A stretch of DNA of 62,839 nt, the filler included, from Choristocarpus tenellus KU-1152 (taxonomy: Eukaryota; Protista; Phaeophyceae): the NCBI GenBank assembly GCA_964200185.2. It is 7 parts of 7 records of this genome, joined end to end, with 100 filler letters (N's around TTAATTAATTAA, not from the genome) between each part and the next. Parts side by side here need not be neighbours in the genome. Positions count along the whole stretch, not along the records: positions 1 to 5,888 come from CAXNAD020009501.1; positions 5,989 to 16,181 come from CAXNAD020003089.1; 5 more parts are not named here. The stretch is one strand, 5' to 3'. Numbering within the stretch: position 1 is the first letter of the stretch; each line of letters starts with the position of its first letter. Made by a program: the position numbers and the translations under genes. Shown piece after piece: positions 1 through 10,080 of the stretch. The notes beneath the pieces were generated by a model. It had not been told where the DNA came from and made no database searches. It saw only the letters and a program-made list of their open reading frames with translations.

Positions 1-1021
1 TCCCCCTGCCCGACCCTTCCCCCCCTGCCCCTCGAATGGACCCCCCCCCCCCCCCATTCCTCCTACAGTATGTTCCCACAGACACTGTTTCCGTTACATC
101 AGCCTTTGTAAAATATCGAAGCATTTGGTCCAATGAATTGTTTCGAGAGCTATATTGCAAATATAGGATGAGAGAGTGCTATTCCCATATGTTTTCCCCA
201 ATCCTATTCCAGCAAATGATCTGTTTTAGGGTCAAGATGTCCGCATTGTGCTCTCACTATGATGTCCCAGACCCCCACTAGGAGAAACCATACGGTCTAT
301 ATGTATACCACCCCTGAAACATATCTTGACATGTGGTTTCACTCACTCTCCATCAAAGTCAACCCTAAAACCCTCATACCAACCCTTCTGTGTGTTTCCT
401 ACCATACAACAATGCTTTTCGATCGCATCATCTCAACCTATGTAGGATGGGGTTGTCCCTGGTTTGAAGTATGATGTGTACCCGATCCACACCTAATGAT
501 TTTAATGTTCACAAGAATTGCTTCCTATCCCAAAAGGTATCACATATTGGTCATAGTTGTGCCATCTACTGAGTACACAGAAAAGAAATGATTAGCAAGT
601 CTTACACAGTCCCTCTCCATTTCAATGACTTACTGACTCCATTCTGTGGGATCGTTCTCGGATCTCACTCTTCCCAGGCCCTCCTTACCTCTGCATGTTC
701 ATCAGAACAATGATGGAGGACAGGGGATGCTCTTGAGCTGTCACATACGGCAACTGGCCACTTCTCAATCGGAGTGGGTGACTTCTCTGACCGGGGTTAA
801 CACTAGCCATTGGGTATACTCTATGAGGCGCACAAAGTTGTGAACAAGCCCCATCTATCAGTTTCAGACAACAACCAGAGGACAGGCGCAACTCCTGTGT
901 CTCTTGCGGATGCTACAAGTCAATTTGAGCTCGATTGTTGTTGCCTACAGACAACAAGGTGCCACGTAATCTATGGATTAAATAACTGTCACCACTCCTA
1001 CACAATGACATAAAAGTGAGG

Positions 1022-4000
1022 TCAAGGCTCTTCCTCATCAATAATGTACTTGAAGCCCCCATTGCGATGCTGCCGCAGGCACCTGTGGTTGACGGGTGTA
1101 GGTGGGGGTGGGGGCACTAGGTCAGCCTTTGTACCAAACAATTATATATCTGCCCAAAATCTGCACAGCCAAACCAACAACACAGAATCATTCTGAACAG
1201 TAGTCTTTTCCCACTTGTAATGCCTAGTATCAATACCAAGCACTCTAGAGGTGTCAAATCATTGAGATACCATTGCTCTACTGTGGCAGTTTGTATATGC
1301 TTCAGTTCAGAGCAAAAGGAAACGAGAGGTACAGAGATTTTTGTCATTTTTATATTTTAAGTCAATTTTTATAATATTTTGCGATTCACCATTGACTTCT
1401 CTATTGTTTGAAACTTCTCAACAGAATTCAGAATAGTTCCAACAAGCTATTGTAATAAAAATGAGTCAAACGTTGCACACATTTTTCAGCCTTCTAAAAA
1501 TGCAACTCTGAGTATTCCTCATTTACATGGACTCTCATTAACTCTGAATTATTGGTTTATGAGTAAAAGTATCTTAGAGGGTACGAGTTTTGCCCTGTTT
1601 GTCCATTTGGGGCTTGACTTCCCTCAGGGTTTTTATGACATTTTCCCACTCCAAAATAATTTTGGAGTAAATAGAATATATATGTTGTGAAAAGGTGTGT
1701 CGGGAAGAAGGATATTGACACTTCTTAACAAACACGATAGCCAAAATTACATCGAAATCGCAACATTGGATTTTGACCCCCAAATGGATGCGGCTCTACC
1801 CTCTAAGATACTTTGGCTCTATAAAAATGTACTTGCCCTGTAACATTCCCTGCCTCCTCAATTCTTATTTTTATTATCACAATAAAACGGTGGTGGGAAA
1901 ACCGTATACATATGATCTCAAGTACTTAAGTGTGCAAAATTGTCAGCTTAGCCAGATGGAGCAGTGCAGGAACTGAGTCCAAAAGTCCAACCAACCACAA
2001 CCATCTCCTGCAGTCGCATCTTCCAGTCTTCCTACTCAAGGCTTGCCATCCATCCTCTCACTCTACCTCACCAGTTCAGGTCAAGGTTACTTCTATTGAC
2101 ACTGGTATTGATCATGAGGGTGTGTGTAGTGTAATATACCGTATCTACAGCAATCAACAGCTCACATTATGGTCACACTAAGTCTTACCAGTGGCAATGC
2201 AACTGTGTGTGGAAGCCAATGATTGAGAGTCTGACTGAATGAGGGGTGAAGTACATCAGGGAGCAGTGTCTACAACAACACATGGTCAAGGCAGCACCTG
2301 CTGACTTGATCTACATTTGAATAACTCTGGCCATGAAATCATGCATATATAGCGAGGTGACTAAATCATCGAAGAAGGGACACTTTGGTCTAATCACACA
2401 AAGACACCAAAGACAAGACATTATTTGCACAAATAGACATACCCACAGCTCATCACCTGATACCACAGTAAACAAAATCGAACTTGTGGAAGTACTCTCC
2501 CTCCACTGGCTCAAAAGGTTTATTGCACCATGAACAGGGCATGTAGTTCTTTGGAATCGCAGACGGGGGAGGAGGGTAGTACCATGCGAAGAGGCGAAGA
2601 GCATTTCCCCTTAAAACTGCTGTGATATTTTCCCCACTCATTCCAAGGCGTTCCAGGCGGGAGGGAACGGTCCGCAAAGCATGTCCGTAGCCAAACCCAC
2701 CATATCTGTTTGAGTCCTCGAGCACAGAACAGGGGTACATTTTCAGGGAGGAGATCGATCAATTCTCCATTACAAGGATTATACAAGAGTGTAGTGATTA
2801 ACAGAGGGACTCTGAACGATTTTCATTCTTTCCTCATTCCCTTTGTAAGGGAAAACATGTTGCATACCAATCCCCTTCTGATTGTTGAAAAATTAAGCCC
2901 CATTCAGGTTCATGTACAGTTCACACCATCCTCTCCTTCACATCTCAACACACTTACACAAGACATACGTGGATGATCAAGGCTTCCTACTCCCTATCTA
3001 CTCCCTCACACACTTCTTCACCTTGTCAGGTGTGTTCGACGAGACACACCCTGGGACACCAATAGTTGAGATCCATATCCCAGGCGTGCTAGTTCTACTA
3101 CCCTGACAGCTGTTTCCTCATCCGAGGGGAAGTAGTTCGGACCTGAGAACCACTCTGTCCGCCCAAAACAGTCGAAGCACAGAGTGGCACCAGCTTTTAA
3201 TAGAACCACGTGATCACCCAACGGCTGAGAATAGCCCCCATGAATCCCCGCAAGCACAACCTTGGATGGTAATGCACCAGCCAGCGTCACACAGTCAAGG
3301 GCTTGCTGTGCCAGGAGATGCTTAAATGGGGGCAAGGAGATCACAATCGGTGCACCAGTCGCTCTCTGCGCCCATGCTGATCCCCCTAGCATCACCACCT
3401 CATTGGCTTGGAGACCCGCAGAGGAGGTCATAGTAGATTTTTCCTCGGATGTATCGGCACTGTCAACTCCACCACTAATGGTGGCAGCAATGAAGCCGGC
3501 CTGCACCCGCCGAGTACCTGGAGATGAACCGAAAGTCGCCGACAAGGTGGGGGTTGCGATTTCTACTCCCAAGATAAGTTGGTTCTGCAAGCCTTTGCCA
3601 ATTTTTTTGATGGACTCCGGTGTGTTAGGCACTGCTGTACTGTGTACCTGATAGCCACGGGTGTTGACGCAACAAAGATACATGCTTTCAACTGGGTCCA
3701 GGTTGTGGATGCGACACGAACGGGAAAGTCTCCCAGTATGGATAGGCCGTCAGACAAAACAGTGGAAAAGGAAGCTATGAGCTCCAGTCAATTGAACTGA
3801 ATGCGTATAGGGGGGAGCAGTCCCTGCCTGAGCGAGGGATGCTCCCATCAGCACGTGCAATCCCGTCCTAGTCGCCATCTCTGTCAGACTCTCTGGGTCA
3901 CGACCGTCGTCCACTGTCGTGCAATCAAGCACGACATCACACCCCGCCTTCCTTAGCTCCGCTAGCTCACGAACCCCTTCGTCCAAAGAAAGAAGTAGGT

Positions 4001-4193
4001 TATTATATCCACAGCAGTCGGGGTCTCGTCTTAAGTCTCCGATATTTTCCAGTGTTAACAGAGTGGTCCCACCACCCTTGCCATCTTTTGATGGGATACA
4101 AATAAGGCGTTCGTGAACGCTGCACTTTCCATCTACCGAATCTGGATCTACTGGGTGTAAAACCGTAGCAATACATGCATGTGGTTCTGCCAT
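1022..4193 (-). CDS. Phosphotriesterase-related (PTER/PHP-like amidohydrolase fold) protein with C-terminal C4 treble-clef (VATC-like) zinc finger; 4 exons, 433 aa
   Basis: Exons 4193-3828, 3647-3022, 2705-2457 and 1082-1022 splice in phase (1302 nt, ATG to TGA). PTER-like motifs: CSVHERL, NLLLSLDEGVRELAELRKAG, VLDCTT..GRDP..L..MA..TGLHVLMG, AQRATGAP, FDCFG, PSDEE, QLLVSQ, RYGGFGYGH. C-terminus CSWC-x19-CGIRCLRQHR. Intron 1 is best explained by a GC donor. Confidence 0.85.
1561..1819. mobile_element. MITE family A (about 260 bp) in PTER-like intron 3
   Basis: Terminal inverted repeats GAGTAAAAGTATCTTAGAGGGTA ... TACCCTCTAAGATACTTTGGCTC; non-coding; related copies on other contigs. Confidence 0.85.
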
Positions 4194-4370
4194 CTTTCTC
4201 CGTCGAAAGCTCTACGACACAGGATAATGATGAAGTTACAGATGAGAAGTGGTGTACTGAAGAAGGAGTGATAGAACGTTCGAGGCGTCGGTATTATGGA
4301 TGGTAACTTTCTCAACAGACAAGGGTACAAACAACGTTGACAAACGATTCATTACCTATTCCCTCTGAAG

Positions 4371-5322
4371 ATGGCAACTCACGATGACGAGATGGTAGAC
4401 CTCAATGTAAAATTCACCTCAGCAGACAAGTCTGCAGGGTCCCTGAAAGTCTCCATGTCCAGCACTGTGGGCCATGTCAAGACAATGATTAGGTGTGAGG
4501 ATTGGGACTTCGATCGAACAACCCACCGATTCAGTTTCTCAACTACATAGTCTTGATCAGAATATAGGAAAGAACCCACCATCGCAGTAGAGAGGAGGGC
4601 CATAGGTCCTACTGGATGCTGCCACCGTGCAAAAGAAGGGAGAAAAGAGATACCCAGGGTTCGTACTGGAGCTTTCCAATACGTTGGGTGCAACTTGGTC
4701 ATGCTCTCCTCCACATACACTATACGTTGAAGATGGATAATATCAAAAATCGTGTATTTGGCAGACGGGTGTAGGAAATCGTTTCATGTTTGTCTTACCC
4801 TTGCTTATTCCCACTTATGGTGACCCATTACGAAACTCTGACAGGGAGCAGTTGGGCGTGGAGCCTAGGCGTCTGATATACATTGGGAAAATGCTCAACA
4901 ACGATGAGCAGACACTCTCGGAGTGCCGCTTTGTTGCAGGCCACACCATCGTTGTACAGGCTCAACCTGTATCGAGTGCGACAGCTCCGGTACCGGGGAG
5001 TGCATCTTCTAACGCATCGGTCTCAGCACCCGTACCAGCCCCAACTCCTACTGGAGGTATTCCGATGCTCTCGAACGACAGCCCGGCCGCCCAGGCCCTA
5101 GCTCACGCGTTGGTCGGTCAGTTGGGTGGGTCTAGTTCTGGGACAGCGACTATAGCGACGAACCCCGCAGCGGCAGCAGTTGGTACCGTGCGAAGTCAGC
5201 CAACAGAGGTTGCCCGATCTTGTTTCGGGACACTGTTAAAGGTCATCGATAACATATTGCAGCACCCCATGGAGGATAAGTACCGCAAAATCAAGCGGAG
5301 TAATGCTGGCTTCCGCAAAAAG
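4371..5322 (+). CDS. Ubiquitin-like + PUB domain protein (p97/Cdc48 adaptor-like), 5' part
   Basis: Exon 1 4371-4492 (MATHDDEMVDLNVKF...TVGHVKTMIR), GT-AG intron, exon 2 4845-5322. UBL motif RLIYIGKML..EQTLSEC...GHTIVV, an Ala/Pro-rich linker, then PUB motif TLLKVIDNILQHPMEDKYRKIKRSNAGFRKK. Remainder lies beyond the contig end. Confidence 0.85.
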
Positions 5323-5888
5323 GTAAACAGAAGGGAGGGGGTATTTGCAGCTGGAATACTCTGCGTGGAATCCGTGGAACACTTTGCTTCTCCCTTCGTT
5401 GAACGAAGGTGTCACTTATTTGAAGTATCCACCAAAACATTTATGGGATTCGGATTCTCTGATCCGTGACTCAATTTGTAGGTATCACATGTGGATTTTG
5501 AATTTTGCGTCCACCCATAAATCAACGAAACTTGATTAGTGTGATGGGGAGTCAACTTTGAGACCTAAAGGGATTGAGTAGTGAAGGTACTATGGACTGT
5601 TGGATAGGAGTCAGTTCTCAACTGGTGTTTTCTTGATTGGTCAATAATTTGTTTCTTTTTGAGCTCCGATAAAGTAGAAAATACTCCGAAATGGGTATTA
5701 AGGCTTTCACTCTGCTAAGGTACACATGTGACCCCCGCCCCTATCAACATTACCCATGGATAATGAAGGGCATCCTAAATGGCGTCAAGCAGTGAGTGTC
5801 CTACTAGACAGTGCTGGATAAGCAGCAGTGCCACGGGGTGTGTCCATATCAAGTTCCCATGTGACTACTTCTGGTGTGAATGCCAAAA

Positions 5889-5988
5889 NNNNNNNNNNNN
5901 NNNNNNNNNNNNNNNNNNNNNNNNNNNNNNNNTTAATTAATTAANNNNNNNNNNNNNNNNNNNNNNNNNNNNNNNNNNNNNNNNNNNN
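5889..5988. other. Artificial contig-joining linker
   Basis: N44-TTAATTAATTAA-N44, giving stops in all six frames. Confidence 0.97.
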
Positions 5989-6064
5989 AATAAAACCACC
6001 GAAAGAAACCAAGCCCCAAATGGACAAACAGGGAAAAACTCGTACCCTCTAAGATACTTCACAC
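5989..6064. mobile_element. MITE family A, terminal fragment at contig start
   Basis: CCCCAAATGGACAAACAGGGAAAAACTCGTACCCTCTAAGATACTT is the reverse complement of the left end of the 1561-1819 copy. Confidence 0.8.
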
Positions 6065-7480
6065 AGACCATCGGTTTTGAATTGTGGCAAGAGAGCAAGA
6101 TGTACACGCGGTGCAATTCCAAGCTTCTAACCTCCACGGATACGGCAGCACAGACCGGAGGTTGAATAACTGTCCCGAAGAGAAGGTTGTCGTCTAGATA
6201 GTCCTCGCTGTAGGATATTCCATGCAATGTCCACCATGCTGTTGTAGCATCAGGACATGTCTCGGTTCGACAGTGAGAGCCCCCGAGTTTGGCGTAGCAG
6301 AAAATCTTCCGAACGATGTGAACCTGCAGGATGAACGAAGGGCCGGGACCAGAGACAAGATACAGGGGAGGAAACGTGAGGATGTGGGAAGCCGAGATCA
6401 TTATTGTAGTTGACCTGTAACCAGAAGCTAGCAGGGTAGATTACAATGTCAGCACATACATGTATGTGTCATGCCGTGCCCAGGGAGAGCAGCAGATATT
6501 TCTTCAAAGTACCGATGGATCCGGAGTCAGTCTCGCAATGGAACCAGTTATTAATAGAGGCGCCAAAAAAAAGTATGCAGTGCTTTGTATCGAGAAAAAA
6601 CAAGCGTTCTGGCAAGTGAATGGGTGTACACAAGTGGGAGGGACTAGGCGAAGTATACTTGAAGGGACTAGAGGGTGCGCGGGAACTCGATTGGGAGTCT
6701 CTAGGAGCTAGAGGGATAGAGTCGACCAGGAATATCATACCCCACATCAACTTGAAGTCGCAAAGTCCATCTTTCTCAATCTGTTACAGGATACTACCAG
6801 GAACCTACAGCAAGGAGTCACAACCAGGACAATCTCCATGCCCTCAAAATGTAGACCGTTTGAACGGCCCGAAATAAATGCATCATCTTACCAAGATCCT
6901 TGCATAGTCGACACTCGTACCCATTTTCGCCACCTTTCTCAGATCGGGCAAGAAATACTCGAACTAGCGGGTGATCGAGAATGCACACCCCGCTAGAACA
7001 ACAAACAATGGAAAGAGAGGTTTCCAATAGCACACTGCCCCCAGGCTTGTAAACTTGTGAGCATTTCAAACTCCCAACTTTCTCAGATGTGGTAAAGTAT
7101 TTTTTAAATTAGCCTTTCTTACCTACTTCGCGCCAAAGAACCATTCTTACTGATGGAGGTGGACAGATCTTCTCCGAAATGTCTTGGGAGACCATCACAA
7201 ATAATAGCTTATCCTTCATCACTAGACTGGAAAGTTGCGTTTTTTCCAATTGGGCATCGTGTAACATCTTCGATGATCGTTGTATGTGTTCTCTTCTTTG
7301 GTGTTAGTTCGGGTTTTAAGTGTGTGGAGATAACGAATGAAGGGATCCTACATTTAAAAAATATGATCTTCACGCTTGAAATGAAACAAAACAAAGGTTG
7401 GTTGTCCCAGATGCGAGGAGTGGGTACGTCATGCCTAAAAGTGGGTACAAAACCAGATTTCAACTCATAATCACCCAATC
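6065..7480 (-). mobile_element. Degenerate hepadnavirus/nackednavirus-like polymerase (TP-spacer-RT), putative endogenous viral element
   Basis: Collinear motifs across frameshifts: SG(L)Y-PLLGMTY (Tyr 7447-7445), FHFKRED, PELTPKKR (7313-7290), DEG (7220-7212), LPHLRKLGV (7095-7069), GMIFLVD (6741-6721), KYTSPSPSHL-x10-FFLD (6660-6589), SIARL, GHGM (6481-6470), W..NYNNDL..PHP (YNND 6408-6397), PVCAAV...YILL (about 6157-6095). Confidence 0.68.
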
Positions 7481-10080
7481 AAATACAACGACAAAGAGGT
7501 TGAAGGTGGAAGTTGAAGGATCGCCAGTCGTGGTTTTGAATATTTATTCCGAGATGTTGAGTTCTGCACGGCGAGGTAAGGAATATACCTTCATGATTGC
7601 ATTGCATGTATTTATTTACGTCATCATTCATGTAGTCTTTGCGTTGACTGTGGTCATGTTGTAATTGAGGAGGGTCGGATGATGGGAACTCTGGTCAAGT
7701 TGTGGTTAGATGATGTGGTCGAATGAGCGTGTGATACATTGCCGAAGTTGTCGTTATGTCTTGATGATGATCTTCGTGCTCTTCGCAACTATATGCGATG
7801 TTGATCTAGGTAGAGTCGTTGCACTTGATGGTCCTGGGTAGATGTAGAATGTACAGGTTACCTGCATTAAGGGGGAAACGACACTCCCAAAGTCCGACAT
7901 TGGACACATAAAATCATTTGTTAACCTACTACCAACAACCTGAGGTGTTTGAAAAAAGTATATTTCACTTTTGTCTAGGGACTATCCTGATTACCTGTGT
8001 TGTGAAGCACTTCACATATAAATACCAACAATTAAGGGAATGATATATTATCTAATACTATTGATGGCACTGCAAATACTCATCTTCCTGTACATTAATC
8101 TGTAGAAAATTAGAGTGCATAAATATGAAATTACGTATTGCATAGTAAGACTATTCAGCATCCATTGCCCATTCAAGAGGAGATATCTGTCTTCAATTAT
8201 ATCAAATGAGTGTGCGATAATGAACGAAGATAGAACCAGCCTGCAATACGAGCTCTAAACAACATGCATAATTGATAGATGGATGTCGTGTTGGACAGGT
8301 GAAGGTGCCATCCTCCTCCCAACTATTACTCACACTTACACCAATCAAAACAAAGGGAGGCAAATAACTGTCAATCATAGAAGGGTAAGGGAAAAAGTGA
8401 TGATGCGTACCTAAACGGAACTGTTACTATTTGCTTCGGCGAACCTATTATGCAACATTTTGGCACTTGAGAAGGTAGTTCGCATGGTGAAGGCGTATCA
8501 ATCTCAAATAGTCTAGTCAGGCGATGTATCATGTCACCATTTAACGTTGGTGGTATGGAATGATCTACACAGACAGGCTGATTATTATCAAGACAAAATG
8601 AATCCTTGTACTGAAGCATCCAAAAAACGTTTCCTATAATATCCATCAATATATTTAAATTGTCTCGTTCTTGCTACGTAGGTTTAAATCGATGCGGTAG
8701 TAACAATATAAAATAATATCGTACGGTTTCTGTAGTTAAAATAAACAGATTTCATTATTATGCCCTCAAAAATTCTGATGTCCCAACGAAAAAACTGATC
8801 AGTAGGGTAGGAACGTAAGCTGTTAATATATGAAGTATCAAGGGCTCATAGTCAATAATAAAATACTGCGTAGTAACAAGGTAAAACGAGACACCACACG
8901 ATGACGTCAAATCTTGATTTGTATTTCATATAGTCTGTTCCAGTCTCCTCTGATCGCCTCCACTTACAGCAAACTGTGTTGCCAAAAAACCGTCATTTAT
9001 TCGACAAAATGTATCCAACAGATTTTGTCATCTAGCCTTTTATTGTTCACCTCGTTCCAAAACAAGTTTTATTTCCAACCACGTTGAATCTCAAGGCACA
9101 ATCTGAGCCCAAATCAGACATCTACCTTTTAAAAGGGCGAACACCACCTCAAGTTTACCACATTGCTCCTGTGTGAATACACTACCTACTGCTGAAGAGC
9201 TACCCTACTAGTGCTAATGAAAACTATTAGCAGTGTCGTAGTAAGACTTTTTTTTATTTATTTATGTCTACAACGATTACTGTCTCCGTACGACCTACTT
9301 GTGTGCCAAACACTCACACAAAAAGTCGACACATCGTAACAGATTCAAAAGATAAGTAGACATCATCACCTTACCTAGATGACAAGGAGAGAATCGTACA
9401 TGCTTGCACCTTCCCTACCCCCACTATTATACAATCAAAAGAGTGCATCATGATCACTCACATGGAACCAACCTATTTCCTCCCTCCATTCTCAATAGAG
9501 GGCTACACCAGCAGGACATGTACCAGGAGAAGCGCGCACACAATACACAAAAGCTAACTACAGTACCTCTGTTAGATGGAGTTTACTGTTCATTCCTAGT
9601 CAACCCCAGAACAGAGGAGAGAAGTGCAACCAACCACTACTAGTGAGAAAACTGCAGACAGGGTGTACAAATGAGGGAGTAGAGAGATCCATCTAAAACC
9701 CTCACGGCAAATCAATGAATACCAACTGGTCTCTTTGAGTGTTTACCCTTAAACCTTCCCTCGTGTTTAACTTCCATTGACAAGACACCACATTCAATAT
9801 CAAGGAAATAATAAAAAACACTGCACTACTACGTGTCACTTAGAAAAGCGTCACAAGAGGTGATCAAAGCAAAAACAAATTGAGTAGCACACGATCATAT
9901 CATCCATCCACACAGTGGCTGACTTGAGAATGGAAAAGTAAGGGTTCACGTAACACTCCATGCCCTGGTCTGAAGTCACACACACACACACACAGGCACC
10001 GGTAGGCTACCCTTACCGCATCAGCTCCAAATGAGGGGAGAGGGAGAGGGGGGGAGGGGGGAACCTACAAGCACGCCATC

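Noticed and set aside
3262-3651. Plus-strand 129-aa ORF and similar antisense ORFs (e.g. 47063-47467, 44817-45239)
   Set aside because: Shadows of real exons on the opposite strand with no independent homology.
3648-3827. Selenocysteine or stop readthrough at the single in-frame TGA (3752-3750) joining two same-frame ORFs
   Set aside because: The 60 intervening codons have no PTER similarity and are bounded by a plausible GC donor and a CAG acceptor; a 180-nt intron is simpler.
5889-5988. Recurring TTAATTAATTAA flanked by N-runs as a biological repeat or CRISPR-like array
   Set aside because: The same 100-nt construct occurs six times and gives stops in all frames; it is an assembly spacer. 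Cross-linker gene neighbourhoods are therefore meaningless.
6188-6202. YLDD in ORF 5937..6401 as the RT catalytic motif of a DIRS-type element
   Set aside because: Spacing from the FFLD and GHGM motifs places the catalytic site at YNND (6408-6397). The YLDD position corresponds better to the downstream thumb region. A DIRS origin is not fully excluded, but no tyrosine recombinase is visible and TP-like motifs lie upstream.
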